A stretch of 64,000 nt of DNA from the human T2T-CHM13v2.0 reference genome, Homo sapiens. A model generated the notes under the pieces. The model worked only from the letters and a program-made list of their open reading frames with translations, was not told the DNA's origin and did no database searches. A program made the position numbers and the translations under genes. Location of the stretch: NCBI RefSeq assembly GCF_009914755.1, contig NC_060948.1; one strand, 5' to 3'. This document shows positions 18,043 through 33,000 of this stretch, piece after piece (position 1 is the stretch's first letter; each line of letters begins with the position of its first letter).

Positions 18043-21000
18043 GGACTGGAATCAAACGGAATGGAATGCAATGCAATCAAATGGCATGGAATAAAATAGA
18101 ATGAAAGAGAATCAAATGGAATTGAATCGAATGGAATCGAATGGATTGGAAAGGAATAGAATGGAATGGAATGGAATTGACTCAAATGGAATGGACTAGA
18201 ATGGAATGGATTCGAATGGAAGGCAAAGGAATGGAATCTATTGGAATGGACTGTAATGGAATGGAATGGAAGGGATTGGAATGGACTCGAATGGAATGGA
18301 CTGCAGTAGAAAGGATTCGAATGGAATGAAAAAGAATTGAATGGAATAGAACAGAATGGAATCAAATCGAATGAAATGGAATGGAATAGAAAGGAATGGA
18401 ATGAAACGGAATGGAAAGGATTCGAATGGAATGCAATCGAATGGAATGAAATCGAATGGAATGGAATCGAACGGAATGGAATAAAATGGAAGAAAACTGG
18501 CAAGAAATGGAATCGAAATGAATGGAGTGTTATGGAACGGACTCAAAAGGAATTGAATGTAATAGAATGGAGTGGAGTGGACTCGAATATAATGGACTAG
18601 AATGGAATGAAATCACATGGAATGGGAACGAATGGAATGGAATGGAAAGGAATGGAATCGAATGGAAAGGAATCGAATGGAAGGGAATGAAATTGAATCA
18701 ACAGGAATGGAAGGGAGTAGAATAGACGGTAATGGAATGGACTCGAATAGAATGGACACGAATGCTCAAATTGAATGGACTCGAATGGAATGGCAACGAA
18801 AGGAATGTCATCGAATGGAATTGAATCGATTGGAATGAAATCACATAGAATGGAGTGGAATCAAATGGAATTGAATCGAAAGGAAAGGAAGCGAATGGAC
18901 TGAAATGAAATGGAATGGAATTGAATGGAAATTAATGCAATGGAATAGAATGGAACGAAATTTCACGGAATGGAATCAAACTGAATGGAATCAAATCAAT
19001 GGAATATAATGAAATGGAATGGAAAGGAATTGAATGGAGTAGATTGGATTGGATGGGATTGGAATGAAATGTACTGGAAAGGACTCGAATTTCATGAAAC
19101 GGAATGGAATGAATTAGAACGGAATGGACTCGAATGGAATGGAATGTCATGGAATGGCATCAAATGGAATGGAATCGAATGCGATGGAATGCTATGGAAT
19201 GGAATGGAATGCATTGGAATGGAATGTCCTCTAATGGAATGTATTCGAGTGGAATGGAATCGAATATAATGGAGTCTAATGAAATGGAATTGAAAGGAAT
19301 GGGACCGAATACAATGGAATAAACTGGAATGTAATGTAATGAACTCGAATGTAATTGACTGGAATGGAATGTACATGAATGGAATGTAATCGAATGGAAA
19401 GCAATCCAATGGAATAGAATCTAATGCAATAAAATCGACTCAAATAGAGTAGAATGTAATGGAATGGAGTGCAGTGCAATGGAATGGAATGGAATGCAAT
19501 GGAATGGAATGGAATGGAATGGAATGGGATGGAATGGTATGGAATGGATAGTAATGGACTGGAGTGAAATGGACTGGAAAAGAATGGACTCAAATTGAAA
19601 GGGCTCGAAAGGAATGGAGTCAAATGGAATGGTCTGGAATGGAATGAACACGAATGTAATGCAATCCAATAGAATGGAATCGAATGGCATGGAATATAAA
19701 GAAATGGAATCGAAGAGAATGGAAACAAATGGAATGGAATTGAATGGAATGGAATTGAATGGAATGGGAACGAATGGAGTGAAATTGTATGCAGTAGAAG
19801 AGAATAGAATGGAATGCAAGCGAAAGGAAAGGAATGGATTGGAATGGAATGGAATTCATTGGAATGGAAGGGAATGTAGTGTAATGGACAGGCCTGGAAT
19901 AAAGTGGAATGCTACGGTCTCGAATGGAATAAAAATGTATGGAATGGAATGCAATGAAACGGAATCGAATGTCATAGAATGTAATGGAATGCAAAAAAAT
20001 GGACTCCAAAATCATTGACTGGAAAGGCTGGGTGTCGAAAGGAATTGACTCCAATGGAATGGAATCGAATGGAATGGAAGTGAATAGAATCGAACTAAAT
20101 CGAATGGAATGGAATTGATAGGAACGGAATGGAAAGGAATGCAATGATTTGGCATGGAATGGAATCGAAAGGCATCGAATGGAATGGAATGGAATGCAAT
20201 GGAATGGAATGTATTAGAATGTAATGAACATTAATGGAAAGTACTCGAATGGATTCGACTGGAATGGAATGTTCTGGAAGTGAATGGACTCCAATGGAAT
20301 GGATTCGAAAGGAATGGAATCGAACGGAATGGAATTAAACGGAAATGAATCAAATAGAATAGAACGGAATTGAATTGAATGGAATCGAATGCAATGGAAT
20401 CTAATGAAACGGAAAGGAATGGAATGGAATGGGCTGGAATGGAATGGAATCGAAACGAATGGAATGGAATCGAACTGAAGAGACTGGAATGGAATGCACT
20501 GGAATGGAAGGGAATGTAATGGAAGGTTCTCGAAAAAAATGGAATCGAAAGGAATGGAATTGAATGGAACGGAATAGAGTCGAATGGAATTCAATGGAAT
20601 GGAATGGACTAGAGTGAAATGGAATCGAACCACAAGGAATGGACAGGAATAGAATGGTCTCGAATTGAATGGAATCGTATGGAATGGCATCAAACGGAAT
20701 GGAATGGACGGCCACGGAATGGAATGCACTCGAATGCAATGGAGTCGAAACTAATGGACTGGAGTAGAATGGACTCGACTGGTACGGACTCCAATGGAAT
20801 GGAATCGAATGGAAGGGAATCGAACGGAATGGACTCGAAGGGAAAAGACTGCAATGGAAAGGTCTCGAATGGAATGGAAATTAATGGAATGGAATGGAAT
20901 CGAATGAAATGGAGTCAAAAGGAATGGAATCGAATGGCAAGAAATCGAATGTAATGGAATCGCAAGGAATTGATGTGAACGGAACGGAATGGAATGGAAT

Positions 21001-24000
21001 CCAAAGGAATGGAATAGAATGGAATGGAATCGAATGGAAAGGACTCGAATGGAAATCACTCGAATAGAATGCAATTTAATAAAATAGGATCAAATGTAAT
21101 GGAATGGAATGGAAAGGAATCGAAACGAAAGGAATGGAGACAGATGGAATGGAATGGAACAGAGAGCAATGGTATAGAATGGAATGGAATCATCTGGAAT
21201 GGAATTGAATGGAATGGAATAATATGAAATGGAATGGAATGGAATGGAATGCCCTTGAATTAAATGGACTGGAATGGAATGGACTCGAACAGAGTGGAAT
21301 GGAAAGTGTTGAAATAGAATGGAATGGACTCGTTTGGAATGGTCTAGTATGCAATGCAATAGACTGGCAGGGAATCAAAAGGAATGTAATCGAATGGATT
21401 GGACTGGAATGCAATGGACTCGAATAGATTGGAAACGGAAAGCAAAGGAATGGAATGGAATAGTATGGAATGGAATGGAAAGGAATGGAGTGGAATAGAC
21501 TAGAGTGGAATGGAATGGACTGGAAAGCAATGGACTGGAATGGAACTTTCTTGAATGGACTGGAATCAAACGGAATGGAATGCAATGCAATCAAATGGCA
21601 TGGAATAAAATAGAATGAAAGAGAATCAAATGGAATTGAATCGAATGGAATCGAATGGATTGGAAAGGAATAGAATGGAATGGAATGGAATTGACTCAAA
21701 TGGAATGGACTAGAATGGAATGGATTCGAATGGAAGGCAAAGGAATGGAATCTATTGGAATGGACTGTAATGGAATGGAATGGAAGGGATTGGAATGGAC
21801 TCGAATGGAATGGACTGCAGTAGAAAGGATTCGAATGGAATGAAAAAGAATTGAATGGAATAGAACAGCATGGAATCAAATCGAATGAAATGGAATGGAA
21901 TAGAAAGGAATGGAATGAAATGGAATGGAAAGGATTCGAATGGAATGCAATCGAATGGAATGAAATCGAATGGAATGGAATCGAACGGAATGGAATAAAA
22001 TGGAAGAAAACTGGCAAGAAATGGAATCGAAATGAATGGAGTCTTATGGAACGGACTCAAAAGGAATTGAATGTAATAGAATGGAGTGGAGTGGACTCGA
22101 ATATAATGGACTAGAATGGAATGAAATCACATGGAATGGGAACGAATGGAATGGAATGGAAAGGAATGGAATCGAATGGAAAGGAATCGAATGGAAGGGA
22201 ATGAAATTGAATCAACAGGAATGGAAGGGAGTAGAATAGACGGTAATGGAATGGACTCGAATAGAATGGACACGAATGCTCAAATTGAATGGACTCGAAT
22301 GGAATGGCAACGAAAGGAATGTCATCGAATGGAATTGAATCGATTGGAATGAAATCACATAGAATGGAGTGGAATCAAATGGAATTGAATCGAAAGGAAA
22401 GGAAGCGAATGGACTGAAATGAAATGGAATGGAATTGAATGGAAATTAATGCAATGGAATAGAATGGAACGAAATTTCACGGAATGGAATCAAACTGAAT
22501 GGAATCAAATCAATGGAATATAATGAAATGGAATGGAAAGGAATTGAATGGAGTAGATTGGATTGGATGGGATTGGAATGAAATGTACTGGAAAGGACTC
22601 GAATTTCATGAAACGGAATGGAATGAATTAGAACGGAATGGACTCGAATGGAATGGAATGTCATGGAATGGCATCAAATGGAATGGAATCGAATGCGATG
22701 GAATGCTATGGAATGGAATGGAATGCATTGGAATGGAATGTCCTCTAATGGAATGTATTCGAGTGGAATGGAATCGAATATAATGGAGTCTAATGAAATG
22801 GAATTGAAAGGAATGGGACCGAATACAATGGAATATACTGGAATGTAATGTAATGAACTCGAATGTAATTGACTGGAATGGAATGTACATGAATGGAATG
22901 TAATCGAATGGAAAGCAATCCAATGGAATAGAATCTAATGCAATAAAATCGACTCAAATAGAGTAGAATGTAATGGAATGGAGTACAGTGCAATGGAATG
23001 GAATGGAATGGAATGCAATGGAATGGAATGGAATGGAATGGGATGGAATGGTATGGAATGGATAGTAATGGACTGGAGTGAAATGGACTGGAAAAGAATG
23101 GACTCAAATTGAAAGGGCTCGAAAGGAATGGAGTCAAATGGAATGGTCTGGAATGGAATGAACACGAATGTAATGCAATCCAATAGAATGGAATCGAATG
23201 GCATGGAATATAAAGAAATGGAATCGAAGAGAATGGAAACAAATGGAATGGAATTGAATGGAATGGAATTGAATGGAATGGGAACGAATGGAGTGAAATT
23301 GTATGCAGTAGAAGAGAATAGAATGGAATGCAAGCGAAAGGAAAGGAATGGATTGGAATGGAATGGAATTCATTGGAATGGAAGGGAATGTAGTGTAATG
23401 GACAGGCCTGGAATAAAGTGGAATGCTACGGTCTCGAATGGAATAAAAATGTATGGAATGGAATGCAATGAAACGGAATCGAATGTCATAGAATGTAATG
23501 GAATGCAAAAAAATGTACTCCAAAATCATTGACTGGAAAGGCTGGGTGTCGAAAGGAATTGACTCCAATGGAATGGAATCGAATGGAATGGAAGTGAATA
23601 GAATCGAACTAAATCGAATGGAATGGAATTGATAGGAACGGAATGGAAAGGAATGCAATGATTTCGCATGGAATGGAATCGAATGGCATCGAATGGAATG
23701 GAATGGAATGCAATGGAATGGAATGTATTAGAATGTAATGAACTTTAATGGAATGTACTCGAATGGATTCGACTGGAATGGAATGTTCTGGAAGTGAATG
23801 GACTCCAATGGAATGGATTCGAAAGGAATGGAATCTAATGGAAAGGAATTAAATGGAAATGAATCAAATTGAATAGCACGGAATTGAATTGAATGGAATC
23901 GAATGCAATGGAATCTAATGAAACGGAAAGGAAAGGAATGGAATGGATTGGAATGGAATGGGCTGGAATGGAATGGAATCGAACTGAAGAGACTGGAATG

Positions 24001-27000
24001 GAATCCACTGGAATGGAAGGGAATGTAATGGAAGGTTCTCGAAAAAAATGGAATCGAAAGGAATGGAATTGAATGGAACGGAATAGAGTCGAATGGAATT
24101 CAATGGAATGGAATGGACTAGAGTGAAATGGAATCGAACCACAAGGAATGGACAGGAATAGAATGGTCTCGAATTGAATGGAATCGTATGGAATGGCATC
24201 AAACGGAATGGAATGGACAGCCACGGAATGGAATGGACACCCACGGAATGGAATGCACTCGAATGCAATGGAGTCGACACTAATGGAATGGAATAGAATG
24301 GACTCGACTGGTACGGACTCCAATGGAATGGAATCGAATGGAAGGGAATCGAACGGAATGGACTCGAAGGGAAAAGACTGCAATGGAAAGGTCTCGAATG
24401 GAATGGAAATTAATGGAATGGAATGGAATCGAATGAAATGGAGTCAAAAGGAATGGAATCGAATGGCAAGAAATCGAATGTAATGGAATCGCAAGGAATT
24501 GATGTGAACGGAACGGAATGGAATGGAATCCAAAGGAATGGAATAGAATGGAATGGAATCGAATGGAAAGGACTCGAATGGAAATCACTCGAATAGAATG
24601 CAATTTAATAAAATAGGATCAAATGTAATGGAATGGAATGGAAAGGAATCGAAACGAAAGGAATGGAGACAGATGGAATGGAATGGAACAGAGAGCAATG
24701 GTATAGAATGGAATGGAATCATCTGGAATGGAATTGAATGGAATGGAATAATATGAAATGGAATGGAATGGAATGGAATGCCCTTGAATTAAATGGACTG
24801 GAATGGAATGGACTCGAACAGAGTGGAATGGAAAGTGTTGAAATAGAATGGAATGGACTCGTTTGGAATGGTCTAGTATGCAATGCAATCGACTGGCAGG
24901 GAATCAAAAGGAATGTAATCGAATGGATTGGACTGGAATGCAATGGACTCGAAAAGATTGGAAATGGAAAGCAAAGGAATGGAATGGAATAGTATGGAAT
25001 GGAATGGAAAGGAATGGAGTGGAATAGACTAGAGTGGAATGGAATGGACTGGAAAGCAATGGGCTGGAATGGAACTTTTTGAATGGACTGGAATCAAACG
25101 GAATGGAATGCAATGCAATCAAATGGCATGGAATAAAATAGAATGAAAGAGAATCAAATGGAATTGAATCGAATGGAATCGAATGGATTGGAAAGGAATA
25201 GAATGGAATGGAATGGAATTGACTCAAATGGAATGGACTAGAATGGAATGGATTCGAATGGAAGGCAAAGGAATGGAATCTATTGGAATGGACTGTAATG
25301 GAATGGAATGGAAGGGATTGGAATGGACTCGAATGGAATGGACTTCAGTAGAAAGGATTCGAATGGAATGAAAAAGAATTGAATGGAATAGAACAGAATG
25401 GAATCAAATCGAATGAAATGGAATGGAATAGAAAGGAATGGAATGAAATGGAACGGAAAGGATTCGAATGGAATGCAATCGAATGGAATGAAATCGAATG
25501 GAATGGAATCGAACGGAATGGAATAAAATGGAAGAAAACTGGCAAGAAATGGAATCGAAATGAATGGAGTGTTATGGAACGGACTCAAAAGGAATTGAAT
25601 GTAATAGAATGGAGTGGAGTGGACTCGAATATAATGGACTAGAATGGAATGAAATCACATGGAATGGGAACGAATGGAATGGAATGGAAAGGAATGGAAT
25701 CGAATGGAAAGGAATCGAATGGAAGGGAATGAAATTGAATCAACAGGAATGGAAGGGAGTAGAATAGACGGTAATGGAATGGACTCGAATAGAATGGACA
25801 CGAATGCTCAAATTGAATGGACTCGAATGGAATGGCAACGAAAGGAATGTCATCGAATGGAATTGAATCGATTGGAATGAAATCACAAAGAATGGAGTGG
25901 AATCAAATGGAATTGAATCGAAAGGAAAGGAAGCGAATGGACTGAAATGAAATGGAATGGAATTGAATGGAAATTAATGCAATGGAATAGAATGGAACGA
26001 AATTTCACGGAATGGAATCAAACTGAATGGAATCAAATCAATGGAATCAAATCAAATGGAATGGAAAGGAATTGAATGGAGTAGATTGGATTGGATGGGA
26101 TTGGAATGAAATGTACTGGAAAGGACTCGAATTTCATGAAACGGAATGGAATGAATTAGAACGGAATGGACTCGAATGGAATGGAATGTCATGGAATGGC
26201 ATCAAATGGAATGGAATCGAATGCGATGGAATGCTATGGAATGGAATGGAATGCATTGGAATGGAATGTCCTCTAATGGAATGTATTCGAGTGGAATGGA
26301 ATCGAATATAATGGAGTCTAATGAAATGGAATTGAAAGGAATGGGACCGAATACAATGGAATATACTGGAATGTAATGTAATGAACTCGAATGTAATTGA
26401 CTGGAATGGAATGTACATGAATGGAATGTAATCGAATGGAAAGCAATCCAATGGAATAGAATCTAATGCAATAAAATCGACTCAAATAGAGTAGAATGTA
26501 ATGGAATGGAGTACAGTGCAATGGAATGGAATGGAATGGAATGCAATGGAATGGAATGGAATGGAATGGGATGGAATGGTATGGAATGGATAGTAATGGA
26601 CTGGAGTGAAATGGACTGGAAAAGAATGGACTCAAATTGAAAGGGCTCGAAAGGAATGGAGTCAAATGGAATGGTCTGGAATGGAATGAACACGAATGTA
26701 ATGCAATCCAATAGAATGGAATCGAATGGCATGGAATATAAAGAAATGGAATCGAAGAGAATGGAAACAAATGGAATGGAATTGAATGGAATGGAATTGA
26801 ATGGAATGGGAACGAATGGAGTGAAATTGTATGCAGTAGAAGAGAATAGAATGGAATGCAAGCGAAAGGAAAGGAATGGATTGGAATGGAATGGAATTCA
26901 TTGGAATGGAAGGGAATGTAGTGTAATGGACAGGCCTGGAATAAAGTGGAATGCTACGGTCTCGAATGGAATAAAAATGTATGGAATGGAATGCAATGAA

Positions 27001-30000
27001 ACGGAATCGAATGTCATAGAATGTAATGGAATGCAAAAAAATGGACTCCAAAATCATTGACTGGAAAGGCTGGGTGTCGAAAGGAATTGACTCCAATGGA
27101 ATGGAATCGAATGGAATGGAAGTGAATAGAATCGAACTAAATCGAATGGAATGGAATTGATAGGAACGGAATGGAAAGGAATGCAATGATTTCGCATGGA
27201 ATGGAATCGAATGGCATCGAATGGAATGGAATGGAATGCAATGGAATGGAATGTATTAGAATGTAATGAACTTTAATGGAATGTACTCGAATGGATTCGA
27301 CTGGAATGGAATGTTCTGGAAGTGAATGGACTCCAATGGAATGGATTCGAAAGGAATGGAATCTAATGGAATGGAATTAAATGGAAATGAATCAAATTGA
27401 ATAGAACGGAATTGAATTGAATGGAATCGAATGCAATGGAATCTAATGAAACGGAAAGGAAAGGAATGGAATGGATTGGAATGGAATGGGCTGGAATGGA
27501 ATGGAATCGAAACGAATGGAATGGAATCGAACTGAAGAGACTGGAATGGAATGCACTGGAATGGAAGGGAATGTAATGGAAGGTTCTCGAAAAAAATGGA
27601 ATCGAAAGGAATGGAATTGAATGGAACGGAATAGAGTCGAATGGAATTGAATGGAATGGAATGGACTAGAGTGAAATGGAATCGAACCACAAGGAATGGA
27701 CAGGAATAGAATGGTCTCGAATTGAATGGAATCGTATGGAATGGCATCAAACGGAATGGAATGGACAGCCACGGAATGGAATGGACACCCACGGAATGGA
27801 ATGCACTCGAATGCAATGGAGTCGACACTAATGGACTGGAATAGAATGGACTCGACTGGTACGGACTCCAATGGAATGGAATCGAATGGAAGGGAATCGA
27901 ACGGAATGGACTCGAAGGGAAAAGACTGCAATGGAAAGGTCTCCAATGGAATGGAAATTAATGGAATGGAATGGAATCGAATGAAATGGAGTCAAAAGGA
28001 ATGGAATCGAATGGCAAGAAATCGAATGTAATGGAATCGCAAGGAATTGATGTGAACGGAACGGAATGGAATGGAATCCAAAGGAATGGAATAGAATGGA
28101 ATGGAATCGAATGGAAAGGACTCGAATGGAAATCACTCGAATAGAATGCAATTTAATAAAATAGGATCAAATGTAATGGAATGGAATGGAAAGGAATCGA
28201 AACGAAAGGAATGGAGACAGATGGAATGGAATGGAACAGAGAGCAATGGTATAGAATGGAATGGAATCATCTGGAATGGAATTGAATGGAATGGAATAAT
28301 ATGAAATGGAATGGAATGGAATGGAATGCCCTTGAATTAAATGGACTGGAATGGAATGGACTCGAACAGAGTGGAATGGAAAGTGTTGAAATAGAATGGA
28401 ATGGACTCGTTTGGAATGGTCTAGTATGCAATGCAATCGACTGGCAGGGAATCAAAAGGAATGTAATCGAATGGATTGGACTGGAATGCAATGGACTCGA
28501 ATAGATTGGAAACGGAAAGCAAAGGAATGGAATGGAATAGTATGGAATGGAATGGAAAGGAATGGAGTGGAATAGACTAGAGTGGAATGGAATGGACTGG
28601 AAAGCAATGGACTGGAATGGAACTTTCTTGAATGGACTGGAATCAAACGGAATGGAATGCAATGCAATCAAATGGCATGGAATAAAATAGAATGAAAGAG
28701 AATCAAATGGAATTGAATCGAATGGAATCGAATGGATTGGAAAGGAATAGAATGGAATGGAATGGAATTGACTCAAATGGAATGGACTAGAATGGAATGG
28801 ATTCGAATGGAAGGCAAAGGAATGGAATCTATTGGAATGGACTGTAATGGAATAGAATGGAAGGGATTGGAATGGACTCGAATGGAATGGACTGCAGTAG
28901 AAAGGATTCGAATGGAATGAAAAAGGATTGAATGGAATAGAACAGAATGGAATCAAATCGAATGAAATGGAATGGAATAGAAAGGAATGGAATGAAATGG
29001 AATGGAAAGGATTCGAATGGAATGCAATCGAATGGAATGAAATCGAATGGAATGGAATCGAACGAAATGGAATAAAATGGAAGAAAACTGGCAAGAAATG
29101 GAATCGAAATGAATGGAGTGTTATGGAACGGACTCAAAAGGAATTGAATGTAATAGAATGGAGTGGAGTGGACTCGAATATAATGGACTAGAATGGAATG
29201 AAATCACATGGAATGGGAACGAATGGAATGGAATGGAAAGGAATGGAATCGAATGGAAAGGAATCGAATGGAAGGGAATGAAATTGAATCAACAGGAATG
29301 GAAGGGAGTAGAATAGACGGTAATGGAATGGACTCGAATAGAATGGACACGAATGCTCAAATTGAATGGACTCGAATGGAATGGCAACAAAAGGAATGTC
29401 ATCGAATGGAATTGAATCGATTGGAATGAAATCACATAGAATGGAGTGGAATCAAATGGAATTGAATCGAAAGGAAAGGAAGCGAATGGACTGAAATGAA
29501 ATGGAATGGAATTGAATGGAAATTAATGCAATGGAATAGAATGGAACGAAATTTCACGGAATGGAATCAAACTGAATGGAATCAAATCAATGGAATATAA
29601 TCAAATGGAATGGAAAGGAACTGAATGGAGTAGATTGGATTGGATGGGATTGGAATGAAATGTACTGGAAAGGACTCGAATTTCATGAAACGGAATGGAA
29701 TGAATTAGAGCGGAATGGACTCGAATGGAATGGAATGTCATGGAATGGCATCAAATGGAATGGAATCGAATGCGATGGAATGCTATGGAATGGAATGGAA
29801 TGCATTGGAATGGAATGTCCTCTAATGGAATGTATTCGAGTGGAATGGAATCGAATATAATGGAGTCTAATGAAATGGAATTGAAAGGAATGGGACCGAA
29901 TACAATGGAATAAACTGGAATGTAATGTAATGAACTCGAATGTAATTGACTGGAATGGAATGTACATGAATGGAATGTAATCGAATGGAAAGCAATCCAA

Positions 30001-33000
30001 TGGAATAGAATCTAATGCAATAAAATCGACTCAAATAGAGTAGAATGTAATGGAATGGAGTGCAGTGCAATGGAATGGAATGGAATGCAATGGAATGGAA
30101 TGGAATGGAATGGAATGGAATGGGATGGAATGGTATGGAATGGATAGTAATGGACTGGAGTGAAATGGACTGGAAAAGAATGGACTCAAATTGAAAGGGC
30201 TCGAAAGGAATGGAGTCAAATGGAATGGTCTGGAATGGAATGAACACGAATGTAATGCAATCCAATAGAATGGAATCGAATGGCATGGAATATAAAGAAA
30301 TGGAATCGAAGAGAATGGAAACAAATGGAATGGAATTGAATGGAATGGAATTGAATGGAATGGGAACGAATGGAGTGAAATTGTATGCAGTAGAAGAGAA
30401 TAGAATGGAATGCAAGCGAAAGGAAAGGAATGGATTGGAATGGAATGGAATTCATTGGAATGGAAGGGAATGTAGTGTAATGGACAGGCCTGGAATAAAG
30501 TGGAATGCTACGGTCTCGAATGGAATAAAAATGTATGGAATGGAATGCAATGAAACGGAATCGAATGTCATAGAATGTAATGGAATGCAAAAAAATGGAC
30601 TCCAAAATCATTGACTGGAAAGGCTGGGTGTCGAAAGGAATTGACTCCAATGGAATGGAATCGAATGGAATGGAAGTGAATAGAATCGAACTAAATCGAA
30701 TGGAATGGAATTGATAGGAACGGAATGGAAAGGAATGCAATGATTTGGCATGGAATGGAATCGAAAGGCATCGAATGGAATGGAATGGAATGCAATGGAA
30801 TGGAATGTATTAGAATGTAATGAACATTAATGGAAAGTACTCGAATGGATTCGACTGGAATGGAATGTTCTGGAAGTGAATGGACTCCAATGGAATGGAT
30901 TCGAAAGGAATGGAATCGAACGGAATGGAATTAAACGGAAATGAATCAAATAGAATAGAACGGAATTGAATTGAATGGAATCGAATGCAATGGAATCTAA
31001 TGAAACGGAAAGGAATGGAATGGAATGGGCTGGAATGGAATGGAATCGAAACGAATGGAATGGAATCGAACTGAAGAGACTGGAATGGAATGCACTGGAA
31101 TGGAAGGGAATGTAATGGAAGGTTCTCGAAAAAAATGGAATCGAAAGGAATGGAATTGAATGGAACGGAATAGAGTCGAATGGAATTCAATGGAATGGAA
31201 TGGACTAGAGTGAAATGGAATCGAACCACAAGGAATGGACAGGAATAGAATGGTCTCGAATTGAATGGAATCGTATGGAATGGCATCAAACGGAATGGAA
31301 TGGACGGCCACGGAATGGAATGCACTCGAATGCAATGGAGTCGAAACTAATGGACTGGAATAGAATGGACTCGACTGGTACGGACTCCAATGGAATGGAA
31401 TCGAATGGAAGGGAATCGAACGGAATGGACTCGAAGGGAAAAGACTGCAATGGAAAGGTCTCGAATGGAATGGAAATTAATGGAATGGAATGGAATCGAA
31501 TGAAATGGAGTCAAAAGGAATGGAATCGAATGGCAAGAAATCGAATGTAATGGAATCGCAAGGAATTGATGTGAACGGAACGGAATGGAATGGAATCCAA
31601 AGGAATGGAATAGAATGGAATGGAATCGAATGGAAAGGACTCGAATGGAAATCACTCGAATAGAATGCAATTTAATAAAATAGGATCAAATGTAATGGAA
31701 TGGAATGGAAAGGAATCGAAACGAAAGGAATGGAGACAGATGGAATGGAATGGAACAGAGAGCAATGGTATAGAATGGAATGGAATCATCTGGAATGGAA
31801 TTGAATGGAATGGAATAATATGAAATGGAATGGAATGGAATGGAATGCCCTTGAATTAAATGGACTGGAATGGAATGGACTCGAACAGAGTGGAATGGAA
31901 AGTGTTGAAATAGAATGGAATGGACTCGTTTGGAATGGTCTAGTATGCAATGCAATAGACTGGCAGGGAATCAAAAGGAATGTAATCGAATGGATTGGAC
32001 TGGAATGCAATGGACTCGAATAGATTGGAAACGGAAAGCAAAGGAATGGAATGGAATAGTATGGAATGGAATGCAAAGGAATGGAGTGGAATAGACTAGA
32101 GTGGAATGGAATGGACTCGAAAGCAATGGACTGGAATGGAACTTTCTTGAATGGACTGGAATCAAACGGAATGGAATGCAATGCAATCAAATGGCATGGA
32201 ATAAAATAGAATGAAAGAGAATCAAATGGAATTGAATCGAATGGAATCGAATGGATTGGAAAGGAATAGAATGGAATGGAATGGAATTGACTCAAATGGA
32301 ATGGACTAGAATGGAATGGATTCGAATGGAAGGCAAAGGAATGGAATCTATTGGAATGGACTGTAATGGAATGGAATGGAAGGGATTGGAATGGACTCGA
32401 ATGGAATGGACTTCAGTAGAAAGGATTCGAATGGAATGAAAAAGAATTGAATGGAATAGAACAGAATGGAATCAAATCGAATGAAATGGAATGGAATAGA
32501 AAGGAATGGAATGAAATGGAATGGAAAGGATTCGAATGGAATGCAATCGAATGGAATGAAATCGAATGGAATGGAATCGAACGGAATGGAATAAAATGGA
32601 AGAAAACTGGCAAGAAATGGAATCGAAATGAATGGAGTGTTATGGAACGGACTCAAAAGGAATTGAATGTAATAGAATGGAGTGGAGTGGACTCGAATAT
32701 AATGGACTAGAATGGAATGAAATCACATGGAATGGGAACGAATGGAATGGAATGGAAAGGAATGGAATCGAATGGAAAGGAATCGAATGGAAGGGAATGA
32801 AATTGAATCAACAGGAATGGAAGGGAGTAGAATAGACGGTAATGGAATGGACTCGAATAGAATGGACACGAATGCTCAAATTGAATGGACTCGAATGGAA
32901 TGGCAACGAAAGGAATGTCATCGAATGGAATTGAATCGATTGGAATGAAATCACATAGAATGGAGTGGAATCAAATGGAATTGAATCGAAAGGAAAGGAA

